64,000 nt of DNA from Octopus sinensis (lineage: Eukaryota). This document shows, one piece after another, positions 39,315 to 52,532 of this stretch (the stretch's first letter is position 1; every line of letters begins with the position of its first letter). The stretch covers positions 8,432,001 to 8,496,000 of the forward strand of contig NC_043005.1 in assembly GCF_006345805.1 (NCBI RefSeq), given 5' to 3'. The notes under the pieces are model-generated. The model was not told where the DNA came from. It worked only from the letters and a program-made list of their open reading frames with translations, and did not search any database. The position numbers and the translations under genes are program-made.

Positions 39315-39766
39315 TGAATGAGAGAGGAGTGCATGCCATCAAAGTGGCACTGGGGTAAAATATATGAAGCCCAGAATCCCCATCATGACTACCCGTCTGA
39401 TAACTGTACACGAGGTACATGCATCCCAACCATAAGTGCACGACATGGTGATCTCATATCAAGATAAACAGCGCATGACCTTGCAGGTGGGGCCCAGTTA
39501 GAATTTTCTTCTGGTCAAGTAGTACATCCCGCTCAAAAGGTCCCTGAATAAGAATTGTTTAATGATGTTGAACGACCCACCCATGTTTCCAAAGGTGAAT
39601 TATCCAATCCTCAAAGAATCCCTTTAAACACACGACTATGATGCTTCTCCACTCCTTCTGCTCATGATCAGAGAAGCACATATCGTCAGCCACTAAGAGA
39701 CATGGTCAACTGGTTAAGGTCAAACAACTGACAATTGAGCAGAAGATTTGCTGTAGCCCATCTTTT
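39315..39766 (-). mobile_element. Family E copy (older, truncated)
   Basis: Colinear with the 29846 copy; (ATT)n on both sides. Confidence 0.8.
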
Positions 39767-39780
39767 TTCTTTTATTATTA

Positions 39781-39818
<38 letters not shown>

Positions 39819-39822
39819 TATT

Positions 39823-39864
<42 letters not shown>

Positions 39865-39920
39865 ATTATTATTATTATTGTTGTTGTTGTTGTTGTTGTT
39901 ATTATTATTATTATTATTAT

Positions 39921-40429
39921 TGAGTGAGAGAGCAGTGCATGCCATCAAAGTGACACTGGGGTACAAATATACGAAGCCCAGTATACCCATCATGACTACC
40001 CGTCTGATAAGGGTACACCAGGCACATGCATCACAACCGTATGTGCACGACATGGTGAACTCATAACAAGATAAACAGCGCATGACCTTGCGGGTAGGGG
40101 CCCAGTTAGAATTTTCTTCTGGTTGGGTAACCTATCCCACTCAAAAGGTCCCTGAATAAGGGTTGTTTAAGCATGTTGAATGAAACACCCATGTTTCCAG
40201 AGGTGAATCATTCAAACCCCAAAGAATCCCTCTCAACACATGGCTATGATGCTCCCCCACTACTTCTACTCGTGATCAGAGATGCACATATCGTCAGCCT
40301 ATAAGGGACATGCTCAACTGGTTACGGTCAAACAACTGACAAGCAAATCTGTGGTATTGAGCAGAATATTTGCTGTAACCCATCTCTTATACCAAGACAA
40401 AACAATGTACATGATAACACTTCCAGTCA
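39921..40429 (-). mobile_element. Family E copy
   Basis: Colinear with the 29846 copy; (ATT)n on both sides. Confidence 0.8.
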
Positions 40430-40460
<31 letters not shown>

Positions 40461-41205
40461 TTAAAAGAGTATTTAGAATTTCTTTCAATATAAAGTATAT
40501 TAACCTACTGGATTTGTATTCTATAATATTCAACACCTGACATTTATAAATTGCTTGCCACAGGAAAACAATCAGTTTTATCATTGGAATCGTCATATAT
40601 ATTTTACAGATTACATTTTAGTAAACTACAGGCAATCGCATTACAGTAAATTGCCTTGTATGAAAAATCGCATGATGATATAAATATAAAATGTATATGA
40701 GAAAAGCTCTATCACCTCCTGCATACAAAAAAATCTTAGTAGGCAATATAAAGAGAATATTTATCCAGGCTTTCGGAAAACTTCTATTGAGCTATACGCT
40801 ATTAGAGGCACATATTAAAATAAACGTCTAAAGTGAAAAAATAGTTTTTAAAGTGATAAAGCCGTACATTATTAATATTATTTAATGTTGCCATTTTCCG
40901 TTGTAACGTTACATCGAGACAATACGATTTGATAAATTACGCGCTTGGTGATCACGGTCACTGATATAGAGAAATGCATTTAAAATAACCGAGTAATGTT
41001 GATAAGTCCTTGTCGTTAGTGAATAGTTGTATCAACACCACCTACCCATTTCTGTCCATGTCTGAGGTATTTTACATCAAACAGTTTGGGAGTATATATA
41101 CTGTGCCACGCTATTGCAACCACCATAAAATACAAAAGACCTATACATTAGATATATGCAGTTAATAATATTAATTATACTATAGCTGCGTTCATTTACA
41201 ATATA

Positions 41206-41700
41206 TCTATTATATAAAATCCATTCTGTCTGTCTGTGTGTGTCTTCTAAGATCTCGGGCATCCTCCATCCGATTGCGCTCAAATTTGATATGTTGATAC
41301 CCACAGTGTCAGGGCGTGCATAAGTCTTGAAAAAGTTATAAACATCGATTCCAGGTGAGAATGCGATCGATAGATCCGTGGGAACGTGCATTTGCACGTG
41401 CAAGTACATCAGCTCTTGCGATCGATACTACGCGTACGCGAGAAAAATGCACGTGTTGTTTGCACAAAAAAATGCGGCTGGCTTGAAATAATGCCACAAA
41501 ATGCAGTATATTTAAGAGACCAAAAAAGTAAGAGGCAAAAGAGATATTTTCTTCAAACGTTACTTTCCTGCCAAGCTTACTGTTTAAACGATGTTTGTGT
41601 TCTCCCAATCAACAGCCTTATTATTACTGGTACTTTAAACTCTTCTGTTGCATATTTGTGTGAATAAAATCGTTTTTCTTTGGAATAGAAAAAAGTCTAT
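41206..41700 (+). mobile_element. Probable Helitron 5' fragment
   Basis: A|TCTATTATATAAAA followed by (CTGT)n(GT)n; no hairpin/CTAG end found, so the right boundary is approximate. Confidence 0.45.
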
Positions 41701-41838
41701 CTTTATTTCTTCTTTTGCTGGTGCCTCAAATTTAAGTTAAATCAGTATTTCTCAAGGGGAGGCCTACGGGACGGTCGGACAAGTTGTTTTGAGAAAATTT
41801 GGTTTAAATGTTTGACAACTCAGCACCGTCCATTGGAA

Positions 41839-41885
<47 letters not shown>

Positions 41886-42093
41886 TATAAACGCTAGGAT
41901 GGAAGTCAACAGGTTTCTGCACTCCGCTTCTGCTTTAAGTTGCAAGATGCATATTCAAAGAATATCCTGCTTGATTACTCTTGATAACACTCTCCTATAC
42001 ACATTAGTGTTATTGTCATGAGTATATATGTTAAAATATTAAGACCTTAAATCGTAGGGGCATCACTTTTAGAAACGAATAATAATAATAATG

Positions 42094-42152
<59 letters not shown>

Positions 42153-42177
42153 CAATTCCTAATAATAATAAACAATA

Positions 42178-42437
42178 AACAGAAACAATTCCTATCATAG
42201 TAGGTGCATTAGGCATGATAAAAAAATATTCAGACAAATACATAACAAAAACACCAGGACTTACAAACACATATAACATACAGAAAATTGCACTACTAGG
42301 CACTGCACACATCCTACGCAGAACACTTTCCATACAATAACCATCAGAGCATCACAACAAATCACAGCACATACCCAAGGCACACAGAGCTGCGCTTGGT
42401 AGTGAAGTGAAAGCACGCTATAAAAATAAAACTACTG
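42178..42437 (+). mobile_element. Short 5'-truncated R4/Dong 3' end in (TAA)n
   Basis: TETIPIIVGALGMIKK...QKIALLGTAHILRRTLSIQ* (stop 42338-40), 3'UTR, then (TAA)n. Confidence 0.88.
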
Positions 42438-42580
42438 AATAATAATAATAATATAATAATAATAATAATAATATAATAATAATAATAATAATAATAATGA
42501 TAATAGTAATAGTAATAATAATAATGATAATAATATATAATAATAATATAATAATAATAATGATGATGATGATGATGATG

Positions 42581-42613
<33 letters not shown>

Positions 42614-42691
42614 TGATATAATAATGATAATAATAATGATAATAATAATAATAATAATAATAATAATATAATAATAATGATAATAATAATA

Positions 42692-42727
<36 letters not shown>

Positions 42728-42744
42728 TGATGATGATGATGATA

Positions 42745-42780
<36 letters not shown>

Positions 42781-42833
42781 TGATGATAATAATAATGATA
42801 ATAATAATGATAATAATAATAATAATAATAATA

Positions 42834-42868
<35 letters not shown>

Positions 42869-42986
42869 TGATAATAATAATGATAATAATAATGATAATA
42901 ATAATAATAATAAATAATAATAATAATAATAATAATGATAATAATAATGATAATAATAATAATAATAATAAATAATAATAATAATA

Positions 42987-43051
<65 letters not shown>

Positions 43052-43393
43052 ATTAACTTTTTCCACAGAATATCTATCAAACTCAATTTAGTAACTATAA
43101 ATCTTACCTGTTTAGTTTAAATAAGCGTAATTAAAATCTAGAATGTAGACATCGGTAACATGGGCCTATTACTGGAAAGAACGAGGCATTATTATGGCCA
43201 CAAATATACTAAAAAACATGTATTTGAACGGATTATCTGGTACGATTAGTCAAAGATTGTTATGTACTAAAACACCCGAAATTATAATTATTATAATACA
43301 CACATGTGATGTATAATTTGCTTTCCTATAAGAGAGGAATGCAGATTGTGCGTGTGAAGCAAAGGTAGTAGAGAATTCGTAAATATATATCAG

Positions 43394-43628
43394 CTGGGGC
43401 GGCAAGCTGGCAGAAACTTTAGCGCGCCGGGCGAAATGCTTAGCGGTATTTCGTCTGTCGTTACGTTCTAAGTTCAAATTCCGCCGAGGTCGACTTTGCT
43501 TTTCTTCCTTTCGAGGTCGATAAATTAAGTACTAGGTTCGCACTGGGGTCGATGTAATCGACTTAATCCGTTTGTCTGTCCTTGTTTGTCCCCTCTATGT
43601 TTAGCCCCTTGTGGGTAGTAAAGAAATA
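43394..43628 (+). mobile_element. SINE family A with 13-bp TSD
   Basis: AAATATATATCAG at 43381-43393 and 43624-43636; the TSD overlaps the element's AAATA 3' end. Confidence 0.9.
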
Positions 43629-44182
43629 TATATCAGTCAATAAGTCTTCACAAGAAGGTTGCCATCAATTCATAAATGTCGGTTGCAATCATCGGTGATC
43701 ATAAATATGTATACAAAGAGTCAAAGGACGGGAGAAAAAACATCTAGAGGAAGTTTCAGGGTTATGCTGGAAAGAGCAGGTAAACTATATATAATATTAT
43801 TCTCGAAGGAAGTATATTTCGTTAAAGGGCGAAACGTTCCAACATGGGACAATAAATTTTAAAAAATCAATAAGAAGATAAGGTCAAAATGTAGCGTAGT
43901 TTGAGACAAAGTGTAGCGTGACGAAAACATTGCGAGCAATAAAAAAAATCACAAATCTCAAAAGATTATTTGAAAGATTTATTTTTGGCCTGATAACATA
44001 CTTTAGCTTAGACAAGTAAAAGTGTCTTCCTAGCTCTTTAATCTTAATTTTGGTTTTATTTTACGTCCATCTGGTCGACACTATCGCTTAAATAAGGTTC
44101 CTTCTCAACTTCATTGTTTTCCCTCACCAAAGTATGTAATACGAAGGTCACAATATCTCTGTTATTGTTGGTATCATAATTT

Positions 44183-44676
44183 TATTTCTTTATTGCCCGC
44201 AAGGGGCCAAACAAAGAGGGGACAAACAAGGACAGACTAGGCGATTAAGTCGATTACATCGACCCCAGTGATTAACTGGTGCTTATTTAATCGACCCCGA
44301 AAGTCTGAAAAGCAAAGTCGACGTCGGCGGGATTTTAACTCAGAGCGTAGCAGTGGATGAAATACCTATTTCTTTACTTATTTGCTTATTTACTGCCCAC
44401 AAGGGGGTGCTCACAGAGGAAACAAACAAAGACAGACAAACGGATTAAGTCGATTACATCGACCCAGTGCGTAAATGGTACTTATTTAATCGACCCCGAA
44501 AGGACGAATGGCAAAGTCGACCTCGGCGGAATTTGAACTCAGAACGTAGCGGCAGACGAAATACCGCTAAGCATTTCGCCCAGCGTGCTAACGTTTCTGC
44601 CGGCTCGCCGCCTTACGGTTGACGAAATACCGCTAGGCATTTCCCCGGCGTGCTAACGTTTCTGCCAGCTCGCCGC
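44183..44676 (-). mobile_element. SINE family A multimer (extra 5' piece, full unit, truncated unit)
   Basis: Truncated unit 44183-44366, full unit 44367-44613, additional head fragment 44621-44676. Confidence 0.85.
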
Positions 44677-44989
44677 AATTATTGTGATGAACGTTTTGCT
44701 TTGGTAAGTACTGCCTACCACCGGAATGCAATTGTGTGGTTGATGGTAAGTAATGTACACCCTTGAGGTGGTACATTTTTTCAAATCTAGCAACTTTTAG
44801 CTGGACTTTACGCATTGAAGCTCCCACATGCAGCTGTTAAGCAATAACGAAATACATAGTAATTATAAAGAGTAATCTTACATAATGGTTTATGAATATG
44901 AACCCTGCAAACATAAAGCTCATGTGGAATGCAGAAACATGCAGTAAAGCCATTTGGCCTCCACCCTCGTGCTATATTTTTATTTAATA

Positions 44990-45386
44990 CTAGCAATATC
45001 GCCCGGCGTTGCTCGGGTTTGTAAGGGAAATAACTATATAAGCATTTTTAGAGATGTAAAGTATAATAGCCATGTCAATATGGCTAACCACAAAGGGGGG
45101 TGTTACTGCAGCTTTTTACGTTCTGAGATTTAATAATACATTTTTAGAGAGTTACTTCCCTTATATAATAGCAAAAAAATGCATTAAAATAGGAAAAGAT
45201 GATGGTAAATTTTTTTTTAAATCGTAGACTCATCGTAGACGCGCACTAATACCCAGACGGGCTCGATATGAATCACGGCTATAAGATACCCGCTTTTGGT
45301 TAAACTGCACCGCAAAATGTGGGAGTAGTTAGGAATCTAAATCGTAGGAGACAGACAGCACACACCCTCACTTTTATATATAAAGA
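44990..45386 (-). mobile_element. Non-autonomous Helitron H1
   Basis: Same termini, hairpin and AT insertion site. Confidence 0.88.
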
Positions 45387-45419
45387 TGTCGTACAGTATC
45401 CAATATCGTGATATTGATC

Positions 45420-46244
45420 GAAGATATTGTGTCTATCTGTCTATTGTTTTTACCATCTGTCAGGTCAGAACAAGGACCTCCGACAGACAGTACTTTACGC
45501 AATATGCGTGCTGTTCCAAGTAATCCCGATTTTTGCAATACACCTAGATTATAGGGTATTCTAAAGTTTACAGGTGTGTTTTTTCAGTTTGGGTGGTATT
45601 GAACTCAATGCTTCTATGACAAAAGGGATAACCAGTATATATGACTCTCGTAGCTGTCACATTTTGGTGATCACAATTCTCAGGTCTCCATGTTTATCAA
45701 TATTTTCTCCTTCTTTCATGATAATATGTTGATCTCCTGGAACTGCCACGTCGATTAGGCACTCTTGTTTATCTTTCCCAAAGGTTACCATGTTCGGCCT
45801 TCGGTGCTCTAACACCATGTCAGTCTGGAAGTCAAAGTCCCAGAGGATTTTTGCTGTCCCCTTTTCGTCTATTACCTTTTCTGGTGTATGTTGGCACCAA
45901 GCACTCGTTACCTCGTATTCATAATTTCAGCATAGTAGCCAGCTGCGCTATCTTGTCGTCTTTGCGCTTGTAATTTTTCTGCACTAACAATGTGAGTTAC
46001 GGTTTCGACCCTCTTCCCGCACATTCTGCAGAGGTTCGTTCCACTTGTGTGGTATAATTCTCTTTACACTGAGTTGGTATTCAATGCCTGGTCCTGGGCA
46101 GCGATGATTAGGCTTTCAGTATTCTTTTTCAGATCACCCTTGCTGAACCACCTCCACGATGCTCCCTCATCTTTTCAGTTCTTAGTTTCACAATGGAAAT
46201 GAGGATGTAATTCCACGCGGAGTAGAGTTTCTTCTCTCTCGTCA
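45420..46244 (-). mobile_element. Degenerate R4/Dong-type 3' fragment
   Basis: SWRWFSKGDLKKNTESLIIAAQDQAL, CRMCG..ETVTHI, KILWDFDFQTD, RRPN, LGTARILRKVL; 5' junction abuts (GAA)n. Confidence 0.85.
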
Positions 46245-46520
46245 TTCTTCTTCTTCTTCTTCTTCTTCTTCTTCTTCTTCTTCTTCTTCTTCTTCTTCTT
46301 CTTCTTCTTCTTCTTCTTCTTCTTCTTCTTCTTCTTCTTCTTCTTCCCAGGTTTGGTCTTCTTCTTCTTCTTCTTCTTCTTCTTCTTCTTCTTCTTCTTC
46401 TTCTTCTTCTTCTTCTTCTTCTTCTTCCAGGTTTGGTCTTCTTTTCTTCTTCTTCTTCTTCTTCTTCTTCTTCTTTCTTCTTCTTCTTCTTCTTCTTCTT
46501 CCCAGGTTGGTCTTCTTGTT
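46245..46520. repeat. (TTC)n array punctuated by CCAGGTTTGGTC
   Basis: Spacer at about 46347, 46427 and 46502 (third copy lacks one T). Confidence 0.9.
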
Positions 46521-46638
46521 TTTTCGGGTGCATACAGCTGGTTCAATTGCCCTAGTTTTACTATTATTATTATTATTATTATTAGTTTTTATTATTATTA
46601 TTATTATTATTATCATTATTATTATTATTATTATATTA

Positions 46639-46675
<37 letters not shown>

Positions 46676-46785
46676 GTATTATTATTATTATCATTATTAT
46701 TATTATAATTATCATTATTATTATTATAATAATAATTATTATTATTATTATTATAAAAGGCAGCGAGTTGGCAAAATCGTTTGCA

Positions 46786-47140
46786 ATCTACCAGGACGAT
46801 AATGCACCAATTCACACAGCTAAAGTTCTTACTGAATGACACGAGGAACAGTTTTTGTAAAGTTGTACGTCAATTCTGGCCACTACAGTATCAATATTAT
46901 TCACCATTTATGGTGCATTTTAGAAAAACATGTAAGAATTCGATATCCTCCGTCATCATCACTACAAGATCTGGAGACAGTTTTAGCTTGAGAATGGCCA
47001 AAACTTCCTTTGGAAACAATTGAAATTTGTACGAGTCCATACCTCGTAGAATCGAAGCTGTAATTACAGCCAAAGCCGATCTTACCACATATTACACTAA
47101 ATTTGTTTGAAATTTAAAGGTGTTTCCATTATTTTGTCCA
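46786..47140 (+). mobile_element. Tc1-like transposase C-terminal fragment with probable right end
   Basis: YQDDNAPIHTAK, NII.HLW.ILEK, EW.KLP, LYESIPRRIEAVITAK; GGTGTTTCCATTATTTTGTCC TIR-like tail. Confidence 0.8.
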
Positions 47141-47538
47141 TTATTATCATCTTATAATCATGTCATAATAATGATCTTTATGACTCGTATTACTACCTCA
47201 GTCAATCTAAATGTATATATTTGTCGCTACCTGTTATAAATAGCCATTTTCTATTTGCAATATGCATTTTCGTTGATTTTTCATACTTACCCATTTTATA
47301 TTTCTTTTCGCAACATATTTCTACTATTATATATATATATATATAATATAATATATATATATAATATTATATATAAATATATATATATTTAAGTAGATGA
47401 ATGAATTATCCTAGTATGGATAGTTCGGTTAATCGATACCTGGGTAGAAAATTCACGTCAGTAAAACACGGTTGAAGTTACATGCCAAGGGCCGAACCCC
47501 GTGTTCGTGTGTGGAAATTTGTGTGTTTTTTTATATGA

Positions 47539-47714
47539 ATAAATGAAGAGAATGGAGTCGAACGAAGATTTTAACAAAATTCCTTTACTTTCGACATATG
47601 TTTCGAAGACTGCATACTCTTAATTCCGAATTAAGAGTATGCAGTCTTCGAACATATGTCCAAAGTAAAGGAATTTTGTTAAAATCTTCGTTCGACTCCA
47701 TTCTCTTCATTTAT
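47539..47714. repeat. Hairpin, 87/86-bp arms, 3-nt loop
   Basis: One indel and one mismatch between arms; loop CCG at 47626-28. Confidence 0.95.
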
Positions 47715-48893
47715 ATATATATATATATAAATATATAAATATATATATACTGTATATACACTCACATATATATATATATGTGTGTGTGTGTGTATGTGTG
47801 TGTGTGTGTATGTATGTATGTATACTGCATACTTATGATGTGCTGATATTTCACTTTACATATCACGAAGTAACATGTTTTAGAGCTTTGAGAAATGCTG
47901 AAGCAAAATACCATAAAAATTTTCATTATCGAAGATTTACGTAATTACACGTTGAACTGGGTTTTACTGAAAAAGTCTAAGCCATTAAAGCAAATTTGAA
48001 ATAACAATTAATGTACAATGAAAGCAGAAGTAGAATGTATTTCGTAAAAAAGTTTTATATATCAGCTTAGCAGCTGAATTTGATTTAACGAAGATGGAAA
48101 CCTAATATTTCTTGTAAAATGTTACTACACTTACCATACACTAAGATCAAGAAATACGGAATTACCATGCGATGTCTGTTGTTTTCGATGTTTCTTCTTT
48201 TTATTTCTTATGCGTACTATAACTCTTTCTCACATTTTTTACTTTTACATTAATCTTTTTTGATTTCAAATTCCAGTCTTTATCTTTTTCTTTCTGCTAA
48301 ACATTTTTATGGGCTTCCTTTTATTTTTTTTCTTATCTTTGTTCTTTTCTTCTTTTATTATTCTATTTATCTTGCCCTCGCTTTCTCTCATTTAACATGT
48401 GTCACTTTCAGCCTACCAAACATTCACATCAATATTCTGATATTTAACTTCCATTTTTTTTTCTTTTATATCCTTGCTCTTTTTTTATTCACTATTTATC
48501 TTTGTATTCATTATGTTGCCATTAATTTTAGTTCACCTCAATCACAGCCAACTCAGTGATATTATCTAACATACTATATCACTCGGATCCTTAGCATACA
48601 AAATACGACAAAAATTCTTCAACATCTTTTTTCTTTACGCAAATTCGCCATTCATACACATTAAATACAAAGATTTAACGAAAGTTTCTATTCCAGCTTC
48701 CATTCAACTCAATAATACTTCTAAAATTCCATTCCTGAGACATTAGAAAATGACAGACGAGATGGTTAATCGCTCTCAGACAATGTCGAGACAATTTCCT
48801 TGTTTTAACAAGAAAAAAACGTAAATGTACAATTAGACGTTATTTGATATATGAATGCGATATACCTATTCGTAATACCACGCATAGATATAC

Positions 48894-49121
48894 TCTCTTT
48901 ACTCTTTTACTCTTTTACTTGTTTCAGTCATATGACTGCGGCCATGCTGGAGCACCACCTTTAATCGAGCAACTCGATCCGGGGACTTATTATTTTTGTA
49001 AGCCCAGTACTTATTCTATCGGTCTCTTTTGCCGAACCGCTAAGTAACGGGGACATAAACACACCAGCATCGGTTTTCAAGCAATGCTAGGGGGACAAAC
49101 ACAGACACACAAACACACACA

Positions 49122-49187
<66 letters not shown>

Positions 49188-49354
49188 TACGACGGGCTTC
49201 TTTTCAGCTTCCATCTACCAAATCCACTCACAAGGCTTTGGTCGGACCGAGGCTACAGTAGAAGACACTTGCCCAAGGTGCCACGCAGTGGGACTGAACC
49301 CGGAACCATGTGGTTCGTAAACAAGCTACTTACCACACAGCCACTCCTGCGCCT
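48894..49354 (-). mobile_element. SINE B, full length
   Basis: Ends in CCACTCCTGCGCCT (reverse complement of the head). Confidence 0.92.
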
Positions 49355-49623
49355 CCACAAACATGCCTACACAAACAATAACACGCACATTATAAATAAA
49401 ACGCCCACATACATGCACACACATATGTATGCAGAGAGAGAGAGAGATAGAGAGGGAGGGAGAGAAGAGAGAGGGCATAATATCAATTAAGGAATGACAA
49501 AGGAATGGGAAGTTCGTAATCCTTTCATTAAGTTACAGCTGCTACCACAATAAAGAAGTATGTATTCAAAGATGAATGCCTCGGAAACATGTTAGTGCTT
49601 ATAAATATAATAAATATATATAT

Positions 49624-49855
49624 ATACCGGAGTAAACACAGAAATGTGAAACAAGGTGGAAAAAAGAGTACTCAAATACCAGTGGTAGAGTAATATGCTT
49701 TATTTAAAGCAGCAGAAAATTCAACAAAACCTGTTACTCTGAGTTTCCTGTTGCCGTTCGTCGGACAGTTTTTTCCACTCTTCTTGACAGGAAACCAAAA
49801 ACTGTCCGACGAACGGCACAGGTTTTGTTGAATTTTCTGCTGCTTTAAATAAAGT
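49624..49855 (-). mobile_element. Family F short element in (TA)n
   Basis: Homologous to the 7211 copy; contains CCACTCTTCTTGACAGGAAACCA, also found (one mismatch) in the Penelope hairpin at about 50873-50895. Confidence 0.8.
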
Positions 49856-49871
49856 ATATATATATATATAA

Positions 49872-49913
<42 letters not shown>

Positions 49914-50578
49914 TGTGTGTGTATGTATATATATATATATGTATGCATGTATATATATATATATATATATATACATAAATGTAGAACGTTGGAATGAGTG
50001 CTCAACACCGCATTGGTGGATAAGTAATATCTTTATTTGTGAATTAAGCCTACCATTGGTTTCATGATGAGTGGGAAAATATCGGAGTATATTACTAATT
50101 CCTCAAGCCGATGACATGGAGAAAGGTATTTGCCTCCATTTTGAAAAACAATCTCGTTTCGTTCACGGGATTTCTCGTAAATTTGCGTAAACGAAACAAG
50201 GAAACAATGAATCATGAGCCACGACTCTAGAAGTCGTTTTGGGGAGCTTGTCTGCGTTGTATTTTGTCTTTTCGGTAAATTTCTTAATAATTTTGCGTTA
50301 TTTATATGATATTGGTCTGGGCATGGTGTTTTGTACTTGTTTGTTACAGCTTGTTTCTCCTTTGTGTGGAGTTTGTTACATTTCTTCTTTGCTGTGTGAA
50401 GTTTGTGTGCTATGTGTGTTCACGTATAGGGGGGGGGTATCCTGGTTGGGTTGCCCTCGTTTGTAGTTACCCTCGTTTATAGGGATTCCTCTTTAAAGTA
50501 TTTGAGTGTAAAATATTGCTTATGTATGCAGGAAGAAAAGGTTTCATCCCCAATGTTTTCTGTTGATTGAATAATATT

Positions 50579-51192
50579 TTATTTTTCAGTAATGCAGAGT
50601 TCACATTTGGAGCCACGCCCCCTGTACTTTTTGGCTTTAGCAATAATTTTCCACACTACCCCGGCATTGCATATCCCATCTTCTTTCAATGTCCATATTA
50701 CGTTTGAGAGCGATCTCGTATGTTTTTTGTTTTTGTATCTAAGTGACGCAAGGTGTTGCGTATAGATTTCCTTAAACGAGTTTCCCGTCATTCCGATATA
50801 CGCCTTTGGTACATGTAACACCTTTCTCCATGTGATCGGCTTCAAAAATGGTCGAGATACTTGGATATTTTCCCACTCTTCTTTACAGGAAACCAATGGT
50901 AGTCTTAATTCACACACACACGCACGCATACGTGCGCGTGTGTGTGAATTATGACTACCATTGGTTCCTGTAAAGAAGAGTGGGAAAATATCCAAGTATC
51001 TCGACCATTTTTGAAGCCGATCACATGGAGAAAGGTTTTACATGTACCAAAGGCGTATATCGGAATGACGGGAAACTCGTTTAAGGAAATCTATACGCAA
51101 CACCTTGCGTCACTTAGATACAAAAACAAAAAACATACGAGATCGCTCTCAAACGTAATATGGACATTGAAAGAAGATGGGATATGCAATGC
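50579..51192. mobile_element. Penelope-like GIY-YIG fragment duplicated as an inverted repeat
   Basis: YIGMTGNSFKEIYTQH...W.IIAKAK.Y....KCELCITEK on the minus strand; arms 50664-50926 and 50931-51192. Confidence 0.85.
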
Positions 51193-51279
51193 ATATATAT
51201 ATATGTATACATGTGTGGTGTGTATATATTATATGTCTACACACACGTACACAAAGATGAGTTACACCTGTATTTCAAT

Positions 51280-51420
51280 GTCACACTGTATCTCCCGGAG
51301 AACTGCATACACGGAACATGTGTCTGTGGAGTGTTCTGCCACTTGCATGTTAATTTCATGAGCATGCTGTTCCGCTGATCGGATCAACTGGGGGCCTCGT
51401 CATCGTAGCCGACGGAATGT
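51280..51420 (+). mobile_element. Diverged 3' fragment of SINE D
   Basis: TGTGTCTGTGGAGTGTTCTGCCACTTGCATGTTAATTTCA...GATCGGATCAAC...CCGACGGA. Confidence 0.75.
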
Positions 51421-52143
51421 CAGTAAATGTATATATATATATATATATATTTGTGTATGTGTGTGTATGTGTGTGTGTAGTCATCTGTATGTCTGTAAAT
51501 ATATATATGTATATATATATTTGTGCGTCAGTGCACGCGTACCTGTGTGTTTAATAGAGAGAGGCAATGTAAATAAGTAAAACAGGATAGATATGGAAAT
51601 TAGGTAGCTATATAACAAATAAGTATTTCGGTGACTATTTATCGCGTCAGACGCTGTTGAACTATATACAGCTACTTGTTTAACTCAGTATACAATAGAA
51701 ATTGATATCATGTATAGTTAGTATAGGGATCAAAAATAGCCCTTTCTAAGTTAAATGGTTCTAGAAATATGTTTTCGAAAGTTAGTGATATAACTCCAGT
51801 TTAATCTTAGGGAATTACAATAATACGGGATCATTGTTATAGATGGATTTATTAGATAAAATTTTAACACGGCCAAGGGCGATACTTAATCACTGTGAGT
51901 GCATCGTGGAATATGTATTACATTTATATCGCCTGAATTGTAAATACCTCTAGGACTCACCTGCCTCTCTTAAAAGAGATACTATACATATCTGTGCGCG
52001 CGTGTGTATATACACATATATACATACACCCACATACCATTTCAGCATGGATGTTCTGTACGGAACTCCGTTACTACCATTTTTATAACCTCAGAATGAC
52101 ATTTCCAGTTACTTAACGACACATACTGTAAATATATCATATA

Positions 52144-52532
52144 CTAGCAGCATCACCGGGCGTTGCTCGGGTTCGTTTCGACCCTATAGAATTGGAATTT
52201 TTGAAACGTAAAAATGTTGCATTATGTAGCTTGTTATTCTCTTTGAGTGAACATTTTTCTGGTTGAAATACACCAAGATATGGCAACACAGCAGTAAAAA
52301 AATCGTAAAGAATAGGGATTTTCATAGAAAAAAAGCACCTTTTTGATGTAAATAATTTTTGTTCTTAACATGGTCCGATTCGATTTTTTCTTTTACGGAA
52401 GAAAGAGCAAGCCTTCTTCTATCATACTCTCAATTTTGGTCAACTTGCGCCGCAGGTCTCGGAGGAGATAGTGTTAGTTAAAGGCTACCAAACCTGCTAT
52501 ACACAGAGAACTTCAGCTTTATAATATATAGA
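52144..52532 (-). mobile_element. Non-autonomous Helitron, family H2
   Basis: 5' TCTATATATTATAAAG; 3' CCCGAGCAACGCCCGG...CTAG|T; interior unrelated to H1. Confidence 0.8.

Noticed and set aside
48260-48559. Hydrophobic 99-aa ORF
   Set aside because: T-rich low-complexity sequence overlapping an interspersed repeat; compositional artefact
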